DNA of 64,000 bases from Rebecca billardiae RCC1528. Lineage: Eukaryota > Protista > Haptophyta. Shown one piece after another: positions 1 to 12,099 of this stretch. A program made the translations under genes and the position numbers. The stretch covers positions 3,472,001-3,536,000 of the forward strand of contig OZ251223.1 in assembly GCA_965240325.2 (NCBI GenBank). The letters are read 5' to 3'. The stretch's first letter is position 1; each line of letters opens with the position of its first letter. The notes under the pieces were generated by a model that saw nothing but the letters and a program-made list of their open reading frames with translations, was not told the DNA's origin and made no database searches.

Positions 1-2
1 TC

Positions 3-1580
3 GACTCGAATGCGCCGATCGGCCGGTACTTCAACGCGACGCGCACGCTGCTCTCTCAGGCGCGCGTGTACCGCGCGGAGGGCAACGCCCCGGACGCGTA
101 CATCCTGTACTGGCGTGGTGCGACGTTTTACATTGAGCGCGTGGCCAAGCATGTGCGCTACAACGACGCCTCGGTGCGGGGCATGAAGCAAGCGTGCGCT
201 CTGGACGTCAAGAACGCGATGTCGACGCTGGAGGAGCTCGACCGTGAGCTGGTGATGCTCTTCGAGATGGAGGAGGAGAGCACGGCCGCGATGTCGGCGG
301 CGGCCGCCTCGGCGGGATCGGGTGGGACGCCGCCGCAGTACACCGCGCCGACCACCGCGCCCCAGCCCCCGAGCGCGCCCAGGGCGGTGGCCTCGGCCAC
401 GCCGAGCACAACGCATCCCGCCGGGCTGCTCCCAGAGGTGCAGGCAGCCATGGCCGCCTTCACGGCGACAGATGCGGGGCACGCTGGCGGCGCGTACCCG
501 ACGCTCGCCATGCCGGCCTCGGCGCGTCCGCCTCCGTCCGCGCCGCCGATGCCGCAGCCGTCAGCCCTCACCGCGCACTCGTCAGCCCTACCTGCGCAGC
601 CGCCCGCCCTGCCGCCGCAGCCGCCAGACCCACCGCACATGAGCCCCTCGGCCGCTGTGCACAGGGAGAGCAGCAGCAGCCGCGCGCACAGGGGACGCGC
701 CGCGCAGCACTGGGCCGGGCCCGGTGCCACGGCAGCGTACGGGTCGCCGCCCGTGATGGTCCCGCCGGTCGTGCCGCCTGTCGTTCGCCCAGTGCCGCCT
801 GCGCCCCCACCACCGCACAGCGCGGATGCCACGGCCCCCCACGCCGTCGCGATCCCGCCACTGGTGCCGCCGACGGCACCACTGCCGCCGCCGGCGGCGT
901 ACTGCATGCCAACGGCGCCGCCGCCGCCGCACTGCTCGGTGAGCTGCAACTGCGGCACCGCGCCGCTCATCCAGCCGGTCTCCGCGCCCTCTCTGGGCGA
1001 CGCGTCGTCTGCGCAGCGCGGCGGCGAGCTCCGCCGGCTGCTGCTGCCCTCCAACCTCACCGCACGCTTCCTGGAAGTCGCCCGGCCAAACACGCTGAGC
1101 AACGTCGAGACGTGCGGCATCCTCGCAGGCCGGCTGCTGCGCGACGAGCTGCACATCACGCACCTGCTCGTCCCGTCGCAGACGGGCAGCAGCGACCAGT
1201 GCGGCACGACGGACGAGGGCGAGGAGGACGCGTGCATGTACCACGTCGAGAACGACCTGATCACCCTCGGCTGGATCCACACGCACCCGTCGCAGATGTG
1301 CTTCTTCTCGTCCGTCGACCTGCATACGCAGTGCGGGTACCAGAGCATGCTGGACGAGGCGATCGGGATCGTGCTCTCGCCCAAGTCGAGCCCGTCGACG
1401 GGCGTGTTCCAGCTCACGCGCCCGCAAGGCCTCAAGGAGGTGCAGCAGTGCACGGAGAAGGGCTTCCACCCCTACCACCAGCGCAACGGCCCCAACGCGG
1501 GGAATGGCGTGTACAGCGAGTGCGAGCACGTGATCACCACGGCCTCGGTGAGCGTGCAGGTCGTCGACCTGCGCAAGTAG
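3..1580 (+). CDS. AMSH: AMSH/STAMBP-like JAMM deubiquitinase (5'-partial; USP8-dimer/MIT-like N-terminus, Pro-rich linker, MPN+ domain)
   Basis: Frame is open from base 3 (DSNAPIGRYFNATRTLLSQARVYRAEGN...AYILY), matching the AMSH N-terminus. C-terminus has ETCGILAG...LGWIHTHPSQMCFFSSVDLHTQCGYQSMLDEAIGIV...GFHP, the JAMM HxHx7SxxD motif. Confidence 0.93.
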   Translation, partial: DSNAPIGRYFNATRTLLSQARVYRAEGNAPDAYILYWRGATFYIERVAKHVRYNDASVRGMKQACALDVKNAMSTLEELDRELVMLFEMEEESTAAMSAAAASAGSGGTPPQYTAPTTAPQPPSAPRAVASATPSTTHPAGLLPEVQAAMAAFTATDAGHAGGAYPTLAMPASARPPPSAPPMPQPSALTAHSSALPAQPPALPPQPPDPPHMSPSAAVHRESSSSRAHRGRAAQHWAGPGATAAYGSPPVMVPPVVPPVVRPVPPAPPPPHSADATAPHAVAIPPLVPPTAPLPPPAAYCMPTAPPPPHCSVSCNCGTAPLIQPVSAPSLGDASSAQRGGELRRLLLPSNLTARFLEVARPNTLSNVETCGILAGRLLRDELHITHLLVPSQTGSSDQCGTTDEGEEDACMYHVENDLITLGWIHTHPSQMCFFSSVDLHTQCGYQSMLDEAIGIVLSPKSSPSTGVFQLTRPQGLKEVQQCTEKGFHPYHQRNGPNAGNGVYSECEHVITTASVSVQVVDLRK

Positions 1581-2326
1581 GAGAGAGGCTCTCGGATGCT
1601 GCGTGCTCTGCGGACAACTCTGGTCCCGCTGTGCACCGACCACCGTGGTAGTCTCTCGGATTGTCGAGCATTATAAAGACTGGCCGCTTCGGCGGCTCTC
1701 TCATAGCTTGTTCCTGAGTGCGCCAGGTCCGAGTGGTCGCCTACCGTGAAATCGACTACGCAAAAAACATTTTCGCTCGTTTATTATATTATTGCCGTTA
1801 TTTGCGGAAACGCGGGGCGCCGCCGGCCGCGGCCCGTCAGGCTCACCGTCAGGCTGGCAGTCTCAGCGTGACGGCGCTGCAGCGTGCGCCGCTGGCGAAA
1901 CGCACTGCTGGGGGCTGACCACTCAGCGGACCTTCGGCCGTCAGACTACAGGAGGTCGTCGTGTTACGACTTGTAACGTGTACCGCCCGCGCGCCGCGGC
2001 CTTGCAAAGCGCGGAGAGGCCGATCCAGGGGGCGACAGCCGCTTGGGCGCGGTCTGATCTACCTTGACGCCCTCGAGGCGCCCACAGCCGCCGAACGAGT
2101 GGGCCGTCAACGACCCGCCTGCACGGCTCACGGCGCCGCGCGCAACTAGTGTCATGTCGTCACATGTGATGTCGATCTCAACACGCAAAAAGCTAATGGA
2201 GTCTCAACACGCAAGTCACCGTGTTGAGAAGTCGTCCGCTTCGCGGAGCAGCCGCCAGGCATCCAGATGCGGCCCCATGAGGCCGCAATGACGCCACGAC
2301 TCCAGCGCGGAGCTGATCCTGAGCTC

Positions 2327-4969
2327 TCACGCTCCCATGCCGGGCGCGCGCTCCATGTTGATGTAGACGTACGCATTGCAGCCCTCCTGCCCGGTCGTCG
2401 AGCACTTCACCTTGGCCACCGGCTGGACCTTCACGAGCCCGTGCCGCCACCACTCCCTGCACGGGCGGAACGAGACGAGCACGAGGAACGGCGATCGCGA
2501 GAGCAGCTGCGCGAGCGCGCTCAGCGTCACGTGGCTGAAGACGCGGTCAAAGATGTACACGTGCGTGAAGGGGAGCACGTCTCCAAACGCGGTCGTCGCG
2601 TCGTCGTAGCTGCCCTCAGCGGGTGCCACCGGGCGCGCGCGGGGAGGTCGTCGGTGACACGGGCGACATCGCGAGCGCAGGCGCGCGCGGCACCGACGGG
2701 CAGTACGAGGGGACGGGGGCCCCCGTGCGACGCACGGCGCGCGGGGCGCGCGCGCACATGAACTCGACGCCGCGGTACTCGTCCGGCTCCTTGACCAGCG
2801 GCTGGGCCAGCCTGCCGAGGTCGATGCACGGCGGGAAGCCCCACGCCTCGAGCTTGGCCGCCCTGCTCGCCGCCTCCTCCGCCGCGAGCACGGTCGCGGG
2901 CGAGGTGGAGCCGCTGCTGCCGGGCTCCGGCTCCGTGTCCATCAGCTCGGGGCCGGACGCCGGCGCGCCATCCGCGGGCGCGGTCCCGCCGCCGCTCTCG
3001 CCGGCCGCCAGCGCGGACGCAGCGCCAACGGTGGCGGCGGCCGGCGCGGCGACGGCGCCGCCGTGCGCGTGGCTGGCACGCTCAGCAGGCGCGATGGCGG
3101 CGTCGCTGTACTTGGCGGCGGCCATCTCGAGCGACGCGCGCGAGAGGTCCTCGCGCAGCGTGCCGAGCACCTTGCACGCGATCTCGTGCCGAGACGAGAC
3201 GCACTCGATCCCGACGCAGCGCTTGGCGTGTGCCTCGAGCTTGGCGTGCACCACCACCTTGCCGTACCCCGAGCCGATGTCGATGAAGGTGGAGAGGGGC
3301 GTGAGGTCGTACAGCGAGTTCCTGCGCGCGGCGCGCGCGGGGGCGGGGTCGTCACGCGCACGGCACGCCCTCCCGCGCGCAGCGAGCGCGCAGCGAGCGC
3401 GCAGCGCGGAGGCGCGAGGGCGGTGCATCCGAGCGGGCGGCGCGCAGCCGCGCGCAGCCGCTGCGCCCACCACGGCGCGTCGCTGTACAGCCGCGTGAGC
3501 ACGAGGTGGCGGAGGTGCTGCAGCACGACGAGCAGCTTCTGCACCGAGCCGATCGTCGCCTCGCCGTACCCCTCCGAGCCGCGCGTGCCGCCGCCGAGCC
3601 CCGTCTGCTTCGCCGGCTTGCGCATCACGCGCGCCAGCTGAGCAGGCACGTACACGCCGCCCTCCGCGGCAGCGGCCGCCGCTGCGCCGCCCGCGCCGCC
3701 CGCGCGCCCGGCAGCGGCGACGCGGCGCTCGTCCGCGAGCGCGCTGCGGTCGTAGTCCGACGAGAGGCCCCAGTCCAGGTACGAGTGCTTGTCCGTCAGC
3801 TGGTACGCACGCTTCACCCGCGAAGAGTAGGTGCCGGTGCCCGCGGCGGGCGCGGGCGCCGGCTCCGACGCCGCGGCCTCGGCCGCAAGCGCGCCCGACG
3901 GAGGCGGCGGCGCAGCCTCCGCCTCGCGGCCGAGCACGACGTCGACAAGCGGCACGGGGAAGTAGCAACGCTCATCCAGCGCCTCCTCGTCGTCCGCGCC
4001 GGCCTTGCGCGTCGTCAGCGCGAAGCGCGAGTTCCGGCCGCGCGGGCCGAGAGACTCGCTGAGCGCGACCGCGCCCGGCTCACCGTCGAGCATGACGCAC
4101 CGGCTGTCGAGCAGCCAGAAGCGCTGGCTGAGTGCGCGCGACTCCACGCCGTAGTCGGCCATCAGCGCGAACACGTACTCCCCATCCGGCAGCCCCGCGA
4201 ACTGCTTGCTCGTCCACTTGAGCGTGCCGCAGACCGCGTCGCGCGTGAGCAGCTTGAAGCGCAGGCGCGCGCGCGGCTCGTGCACGCCCTCGTGCGCGGC
4301 AAAGAGGCCGATCCACGCGCCCGAGCTGCCGGGGTTGGCCGGCGGGAAGCACCAGTGCAGGTCGAGGTGCGTCATCGAGCGCGGCTCCAGCCGCAGCTGG
4401 AACACCGAGCCGTCGTGCGAGGAGCGCGCCTCGACGGCCGACACGAGCGGGTTGTCGTCGCCTTGGTCGCTCAGGTCCACGCGCAGGGACGACTGCTCGC
4501 GCCGCGCGGGCGAGTCGGCCCAGAGCGCGTGCCACCAGCTGGGCGGCTTGATGAGCGGCTGCTGCTGCGCGACGGCCGCAGCGGCGGCCTGCTCGAGCTC
4601 GGCCTTGCGCTTTGCCTCCTGCGCCTTCTGCTCCTGGAGCAGCTCGAACGCGGGCGAGCGCCGCCACGCCGTGTCCTTGCGCTTGCGGCGTGAAGCGTTG
4701 CGCAGGCGGGTGACGAGCTGCGCCAGCAGCTGCTCGCGCGTCGGCGGACGCGCCGGCCGCCGCGACGAGCCGCCGGCCTTGCCACCGCCCCGCTCCCCAC
4801 GCGCGGGCTTGCTCGCGCGCTTGCTCGCCGGCTGCGCGCCGGCGCCGCGCCGCTTGCCAGCCGCGGCGGGTGCCGCTGCCGGTGGAGCAGCCTGCGAGCC
4901 ATCCGCGGTGCTCGGTACCCCGGCTGCTGCTGGCGCAGACGCATGCACCGCCTCGAGCAGGGCATCCAT
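2327..4969 (-). CDS. DOT1-like (histone H3K79-type) SAM-dependent methyltransferase, 3 exons (introns 3470..3322 and ~2757..2610)
   Basis: Splicing at GT-AG sites joins GYGEATIGSVQKLL...W/NSLYDLTPLSTFIDIGSGYGKVV...CVGIECVSSRHEIA to VEFI/YDDAT...FTHVYIFDRVF. YGE, F-x-D-x-G-S-G-x-G and GIE are DOT1 motifs. Confidence 0.8.
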
Positions 4970-5474
4970 CCCTGCGCACGGCTCTCTCGCGCGGTGCGCT
5001 CAAAGCGCGCCGATACCGCCGACGACGCGTCGCTCGCACACGCAGTGCTCACCGAACACCTCTGCTCGACTGCTCGTGTAGTGCTCGAGCGATCCGGCCG
5101 AAAAAAACTCACCCAGCAGGCGCGCATCGCGAAGTCGCTCGCCAGGCCCAGGCGGGCCAGGTGCCAACGGTGTGTGCAACACGCTCAGGTCCGGTGCACC
5201 GCCTCCAGCGTCGCTCCAGGCGACCAACCGTCGCTCTCTCCGTGAAGGGCGGTTGTCTGGGCGCGTCTGGAGCCGTCCGCCTGCCACCCGGGCCGGCTTG
5301 CGCCCGCGGTTATTTTAGGCGCAGCGCTCGCAACTTTGAGTACTTTTCACACTGTGACGAGATCAAGGGCGGCGGCAACTGAACGCTGGACGAGGCACAG
5401 CGGCGCTGGAACCGGCACCACCACCACCTGCCGCACGCTGGGTCACGGCCGGTTTGCTGCCAGCGGGCGCGTGC

Positions 5475-6848
5475 ATGTTCCGCGCGATCGCGGGGTGCGC
5501 CCACGCAGCGGCCGCCGCCCCGACGCGAGGGCCCTTCGGGCGTAGAGTGGACGTCCTCCTCCGCGCCGCACGCGCTCCGCGAGCTGCTTCGACCGAAGCT
5601 CAGACGGCGCGGAACGGCACCAGTCGAGTTGACTGGGCGCGCGCACATGCCGGCGATGCGCTGCATGCAGTGAACGGTTCTTCGAGCCAGTCGGCGGCGA
5701 ATGGGGATGGGATCAGCCTTCAGGCATTCGCCCCCGACGTGCGACTCACGCCTCTCACGGAGGCGCCGGCGACGCGGCCACCCGCTCTCGTGCACGAGCA
5801 CGCCACCCTCCCAGAGCCGCGCAAGCTGTGCGCACTCGGCACGGGGGAGGTGGTGCACATCCTGTCGTACAAGGCGAAGGACGAGGCGCACGTTGAACAT
5901 TTTGAACGCATCGTCCAGCGCATCGCGTACGAGCTGCACGAGATGGACGCGGGCGTGAGCGACGTGCGCGTATGCCACCCGCAGTGCGGCGAGGCTGCGT
6001 TCGTTGTCACGGTCGTGAGCGCCTTTGAGTCGCAGCGCTTCGAGGCGGAGATCGCCCCGCGGCTGTCGGCGGCGCTCGCTCCTGTGTGCGCGGACGGCGC
6101 GCCCACCTTCAGCCGCGCGGGCACGCTGATGCCGCAGGCGCACTCGCTCTCGTCGCTGCTCGAGTACCTGCAGCGCACGATCAAGGGCGGGCACCACACG
6201 CAGCACGACATCGCGGGCGTGCGGCACGAGCTGGCGAAATGGTTCCCGAGGCGCGAGGAGTACGAGCCGTACGTGCACTGGGACGAGGACGACCCGTCCA
6301 AGTACACGCGCAACATCATCCACTCGTGCGAGGAGTTCGAGGTGCTGCTCATGTGCTGGCCGGCCGGCACCAAGAGCAGCATTCACTGCCACGACGAGTC
6401 GAGCTGCTGGGTGAGCTCAGTCGAGGGGCAGGTGGTCGAGGTGCAGTACCAGCTGCCCAAGCTGGACCGCGCGTTCTTCAAGCAGTCTTGGAAGGACCCG
6501 ACTGGCGCGGTCGGCCGCTGCGGCCCGCTCAAGGTCACCAACGTCGTCACTCTCGGCCTGCCTGACACGCCGATGGACACGTACGCCAACAACGAGATCG
6601 GAATTCATCGCATCGAGAACCGCACCGACCAGCCCGCGATCACGCTGCACGTCTACGCGCCGCGGCTGCGCAAGATGAAGGTCTTCCGCGAGGTGGGCGA
6701 CCACAGTATCGCCACCGTCGCAGCCGTGTCGTACATGTCCGAGGGCGGCGAGAAGACCGGGCTGTGGCACAAGGAGACGCACCCGGACGGTGTCATCGAT
6801 GTGCGCGCGTGGAATCAAATCGCCTCCGCGGAGTCAGACTCGAAGTGA
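5475..6848 (+). CDS. CDO: Cysteine dioxygenase type I (cupin) with N-terminal extension and an extra alpha/beta domain
   Basis: YTRN...LLMCWPAGTKSSIHCHDESSCWV and GIHRIEN...AITLHVYAP match the CDO 3-His iron site, the crosslink Cys and the (S/T)LHxY motif. First ATG is at 5475, followed by an Arg/Ala-rich leader. Confidence 0.88.
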   Translation: MFRAIAGCAHAAAAAPTRGPFGRRVDVLLRAARAPRAASTEAQTARNGTSRVDWARAHAGDALHAVNGSSSQSAANGDGISLQAFAPDVRLTPLTEAPATRPPALVHEHATLPEPRKLCALGTGEVVHILSYKAKDEAHVEHFERIVQRIAYELHEMDAGVSDVRVCHPQCGEAAFVVTVVSAFESQRFEAEIAPRLSAALAPVCADGAPTFSRAGTLMPQAHSLSSLLEYLQRTIKGGHHTQHDIAGVRHELAKWFPRREEYEPYVHWDEDDPSKYTRNIIHSCEEFEVLLMCWPAGTKSSIHCHDESSCWVSSVEGQVVEVQYQLPKLDRAFFKQSWKDPTGAVGRCGPLKVTNVVTLGLPDTPMDTYANNEIGIHRIENRTDQPAITLHVYAPRLRKMKVFREVGDHSIATVAAVSYMSEGGEKTGLWHKETHPDGVIDVRAWNQIASAESDSK

Positions 6849-7756
6849 CATAAGAATATACGCTAAGATGAGTATCAGTGATCTGTGGTAAAGTGTCCGC
6901 GTACGTATATACTACACTCTTATTCCGGGATCGATTGAGTCCGCCTGTCAGTAGTGTCACCGGGTGACCAGAGGGCACCGCTCGCGGAGCCCTGATGAGT
7001 CTCGCCAGTCTGTCGAACGACGATTACGACGAAGTTATACTATCGTCAGTATCGATCTGAGTCTGACACGGGTTACAGCGGCGTCAGACTACTAAGTACG
7101 CTACCGACTAGTCTGTATCACGGCCGCCAGCATAGCAGCACTCACTCACTGACGTGAATTGCAGGGCCCTGGTCGTGAGGCATCCAGATATCGGGGCCCG
7201 ATAGACTCTACTTAGAAGTCAATAATCACTGCGGAATAACTTCGGACCTGCGGCTGCGTCGATTTTATAATACTCATCACAAAGTAGGCTTACTTACCCA
7301 CGCGATTGCAATCTTCTGCCTCTGGGCCACTGGCCGACTAACGTATCATTCGGTGTAAGCAACTCATCATCACGAGTGAGCTCTTAAAGTTCCGCGATGA
7401 CGATCGATAATGATGCTGCTCGCCGGAGTATACAGCGGTGCTCTCGGAGCAAGTTATCCCTTGCAGTGCAGCTGATGCAGCGAGTCGTGGCATCATCTGA
7501 TTGAGACAATCGGATACGAGCGCTGCTGCACATGTCAAGCCTCTGCCTATTGGCACCGGCCTCCGCTGAGCTTGCTGAGCCACTGAGAGAGAGACCTCTG
7601 GTGGAGCCCTGTGGCTTGGTTCGACGTGAGCAAACCCATCAAACGGTAGCTGTGCAGTGCCAGGTCGGCGAGCATGTGCTGCGAACTCTCGTCAGGACCG
7701 AGGCAAGGCGTCACCGCAACCGGGCTTGTGAACGAAGACAGCGGGTCCATCCTGCC

Positions 7757-8101
7757 TCAGGCATGACTGTGGGCCACACGAATGTGCTCCAGCCTCGAGC
7801 GCATCGCGTTACGGATCCATTCCAATTCCAGCTCCACCTGCCGCCGCTCATCCTCGAGGTCACGCTCTCCGGCCTGCTCGGCCGAGTCCTTTGTGGCACC
7901 GTACGTTGGGCAGCAGAGCACGTTTGCGCGGCGCCACTCAGGCCTTGTCGGCGGCCCGCTGGGAGCGGCTAGGTTGATCTCACGCACAATCTGCTCGTAC
8001 TCGGCGCGCGCACCGTGCACTACGACCGCGCGAGCCAGCAGCCCTCGCGCGCGAGCCTGTATGAGCACAGCGGCTTGATCGGGGCCGTTGGCCAGCGCCA
8101 T
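7757..8101 (-). CDS. Small IQ-motif protein, IQCC-like
   Basis: AAVLIQARARGLLAR (IQxxxRGxxxR), then RAEYEQIVREI and a C-terminal coiled coil ELELEWIRNAMRSRLEHI, resembling the conserved blocks of IQCC. Confidence 0.7.
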   Translation of the reverse strand: MALANGPDQAAVLIQARARGLLARAVVVHGARAEYEQIVREINLAAPSGPPTRPEWRRANVLCCPTYGATKDSAEQAGERDLEDERRQVELELEWIRNAMRSRLEHIRVAHSHA

Positions 8102-8279
8102 TGAATTTTCGCGCGGGCGCTTGATCCGGGCAAGGGTGACACCCTTGATCTGGAGATCCGGGGTCGTCCGGACGTCTAAATGTGGAGTCCTGGACTGGCA
8201 AAGGACCGGTTTGCCGCGACTCCGCGAGCACGCACAGGAGTCGACAAGCGCTCCGCCGCGCCGGGGGGTGCGCGGGTCC

Positions 8280-9933
8280 ATGGCGGAAGGCTCGGGCGAG
8301 GATGGTGTCGAGAATCGGCCACCGGCGCGCGCCGAGGCGTCGGGTGTCGACCTGGCAGACGCTCGTGCCCCTGCGCTCCCACCGCCGCAGGCGCTCCGCT
8401 TCTGCCTGCAGCGGCCATTCGACGCGGTCCCGCAGGATCGCGGCGCGCAGACGAGCGGGCAGCCGGGTCGGCTGATGTTCCTGATCAACAGCCGCACTTG
8501 GCGCAACAGCTGGATCCTGCAGGTGATTCTCACCGACCACGGCTGGGCGCGCGTGCCCGTGGACCAGCGCGAGTGGCACCTCTGGTGGTGCGCCGGGCAG
8601 GCAAACACGCACGCGATCCGTGAGCTGCTGCCGTGGCAGCGGCTCAACAAGTTCCCAAAGTCGAGCACGCTCACACTCAAGGCGAACCTGAGCGCGACGG
8701 TCGCCGAGGCCGCGGCGAAGTACGGCCGGCAGCACTTCGGCTTCCTCCCCGAGACCTTCACCCTGCCGGTCGACTGGGACGAGTTTGAGGACGCGCGCGA
8801 CGCAGACGAGACAAACGAGCAGATCTGGATCGTGAAGCCGTACGCCGCTTACTGCGGCCGCGGCATCTTCCTCCTGCCGAACGGGGAGGAGATGCCGCCC
8901 GAGGTGCTGGAGGACCGCGCGGTTGTCTCGCGCTACATCGAGCGGCCGTACCTCATCAACCGGCTCAAGTCGGACGTGCGGCTGTACGTGCTGGTCACGA
9001 GCTGGCACCCGCTCACTGTCTACCTCAACGCGAACGGGCTGGTGCGCTTCGCGACGGACCCGTACACGCTGGACGTGGACTCGCTGGACAACCGGAACGC
9101 GCATATCACCAACTACTCGCTCAACAAGCGCTCGAGCAACTTCCGCCCAACCCACGCCGTCGACGAGGACGGCACGGGCTCCAAGTGGACGCTGGACGCG
9201 CTGCGCGCCCACCTCGAGCAGGCGGTCGGGCGCGGCGCGGCGGACGCGATGTGGCGCGCGGTGGACGACATCGTGGTGAAGACGTGCATCGCGGCGGAGC
9301 CGGCAATGCAGGCGGCGTACGAGAAGTACGTGCCCGACGGCGTGAAGGCGCAGCCCCACGCCGGCGTCTTCCAGCTCTTCGGCTTTGACGTGATGCTCGA
9401 CGCCAACCTGCGGCCGTGGCTCCTCGAGGTCAACTTGGACCCGGCACTCGCGACCGACTCGCCGCTCGATCTGAAGGTGCGAGGCGCGGTGGAGGGCGCT
9501 CGCCGCGTGCGAGACGTGCCGCGCCGCGCGCAGCGCGCCGCACGCCCCGCACGCGCGCGCACCCCGACGCTTCTGCCCACCGCTCCGCCCACCCGCGCGG
9601 CCCACGGCGCAGGTGAAAGGAGCGATGCTCGTCGATGCTCTGAACCTGCTGGGCATCGAGGGCCACCCTGACCCGGCGGGCGGGAACGCGCACTGGCCCG
9701 CCAGCACCGCCGCGTGCACAGCCCGCGCGGCGGCACCGCAAAATCCCGAGGAGTACCGGAGATGGCGCGCGCTCGCGCAGGCAGATGGCGAGCTTGAGCG
9801 GAGCGCGCGCTCGACCTGGAGGCGGCTGATGCCGTGTGCCGACCAGGCACGCTACACGTGCTTCTTAGAGGAGGATCGGGATTTGAACAGGCTACCCTTC
9901 CGCATGCATCCCGCACCGCAGCCGACCGCGTGA
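8280..9933 (+). CDS. TTLL: Tubulin-tyrosine ligase-like polyglutamylase (TTLL4/5-like), intron 9477..9612
   Basis: WQRLNKFP, FLPETF, WIVKP...GRGI, VVSRYIERPYLI..KSDVRLYVLVTS, GLVRFAT, HITNYSLNK, FQLFGFDVMLD..LRPWLLEVN. AAG|GTGCG...GCAG|GTGAAA splicing restores DLKVKGAMLVDALNL. Confidence 0.93.
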
Positions 9934-10392
9934 GCGTCGTGCACGACGGCCACCGCACCCGCCACTCGCGCCTCGCGGAGCGCAGCAGCACAGCTCACCG
10001 AAGCCTAGTCGGGTCGTCTGAGACGACGATTCTCCTCGGAGCGGCGAGCACGTCTGACTACCAGTAATACTAGTAAATATAACTGCTCGCGCGGAGCAGG
10101 CCCGGAGGGCCATGGTGAAGCCTGTGCGCGATATATATCGTCATCAGTAGGTTATTAGTAGTCGGCTTTGCTGAGTAGTATTATGATCGGCTACGCCGAT
10201 CTTCGGGTAGTAAACAACGAAGTTGAGGGCGCACGGCCCTAGTCTAGGTCCCAAGGTGCCAAAACTCGAAACGGTGCCCACGGTGACGTGGGGCTCGTGG
10301 AGAATTTTATTCCAAAAAGACAAATCAAGACAGCGGCGGCGCGGGAAAAAGCATGCGCTGATCATGCCGGTTGGCGCCGCGCCGGTGGTGCA

Positions 10393-11394
10393 TGCACAGG
10401 CAGCGACCAGGAGCATTCCTTCTCCCGGGCGGCCACCACGGCCTCGGACGTGGTGAGCAACGCGTCGGCGACAGCAGCATGGACCACCTCCGTCGCGCCG
10501 GACACTCCGCTCGCTCCTCGCCCGACTCCACCTCGCCGCGCGCTGACCGTTTGCTGACCGGGCGGCTGCGCCGTCTGAGCGCCGCGTGCCCGCGTGGTGG
10601 CACAAGGCGGGTGAAGACGTGGCAGTGTGGTGGTGCCTGCGATCGGGGGACTCCGTTTGAGCTACGACACGGGCGCGCGCGCGCATCCGTGCACATCACG
10701 GTGGTGGACGCGCCGCAGCGCGCTCGTCGGCTGTCACGGGCTGACCGATGGGCAGCTTTTGGCTATCGGCGGCGGCCACAGCTCGCGGGTACGGACTCGA
10801 TGGTGGCTGCGAGTGGTACGCTGCGTTGTACCAGTTCCGTGCGCGTCACGCGCGAAGCTCTGCCGGCTCGCCCTCGGACCATTGGCTCAGCCCTGCGCGA
10901 TGCGCGCACACCGCGCAGCAGCTGCTCGGCAGCTGCTCGAGGCGCAGAGCGCGCCCCACGCGCCGCACGTGGGCGCGACAAGGTGGTGCGGCGAGCGTGC
11001 GCGAGTGTGTGCGTGTGTTGGCCAACCCCATGGCGCTACTCGCCATGCACATCTGCCTCTCGCCAAGCCTTCGACACGAATGCTGCAAGTGCTGCTCGGA
11101 GGCGCGCTCCCAGGCGCGCACGCGTTTGAATCTGGGCTCGGCGGTGACCGCGTGGGCGAGGGGCAGCGCGGTGCACGTTGGCGGCGCGCGTGCGGAGCAC
11201 AGCCTACACCTCCTACGCGCTCCATCCAGACGCAGCGCGCGTGCTCGCGCAACCTCCTCGGTCCATCACGCGTCCGCGCGCGCGCGCGAGCAGGCGTGCA
11301 GCCGGGCGCGAGCACGGCGCACCGCGTTGGCGCGCGCACACCGATACCAGTGCGCAGGTCGACGAGCGAGCGCGGTGCGTTTCGACGCGTATGG
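10393..11394 (+). repeat. ~1 kb inverted repeat, left arm (partner 18732..19736)
   Basis: Reverse complement of 18732..19736 apart from a few substitutions; the ORF track gives mirrored translations (e.g. 10846..11121- and 19006..19281+). Confidence 0.93.
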
Positions 11395-12099
11395 GGAGGC
11401 TCGAATTTACGCGCGCACATGCGCCGCCCTTCGCAGCCCCTTCGCAGCCCCTTCCCAGCCCCACGCTTGCTCCATCTCCTGCGGGTTACCGTTTGCATGC
11501 AGCTGCAATCATCCTTTCCGACACGTGCACCAACCAGCAGATGGCGCTGGCCGAGGTCGATTGGTGCGTCAGATGTCCAGCAAAGACCAGCCTCGCTCGT
11601 GTGCCGCCGCTTGTGCTACTCTCGACGATCACCTCTGGCTCGGTCGCGCGCTCAAGGCTGCTCGCGCCTGGCCCGAATCGTGCCGTCAAGTCACTCAAGC
11701 TGTACCGTGCGCAGCGAGGCGCACTCAGACGTCGGCGTGAGCGCGCATGCGAGGGCTAAACGATCTGACACGGCGATTGAATATGCTCCGGATACGCTTT
11801 GGCGCTTTTCCCGACGCGCACGAGCCGCTCGAAGGCGCGGGAAGGGGGGGGGCGCCTCCGCCGCGGGGCGCCGCCATTTTGTGCGCCACGACTTTCGTCG
11901 GCCCGATCCCCGGCCCTCGCCTGCCTGAGCTGTGTGCGTCTCTTATTCTTAGTAAACTGTAAGTTTTGCAGGCAGTAGATGTGATGAGATTCTCGTCGGC
12001 GTTTTGTTCGCGATCGGCGGCCCCCGCGACCGAGTTACCGTGCGTGGCAGCGCAGCGGCGGCGAGACCACGCGCGACGGCGATGGCGAAGGCTGCCTCG

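Noticed and set aside
6850-7750. Short ORFs between CDO and the IQ-motif gene
   Set aside because: No motifs or coding-like codon bias; probably 3' UTR or intergenic.
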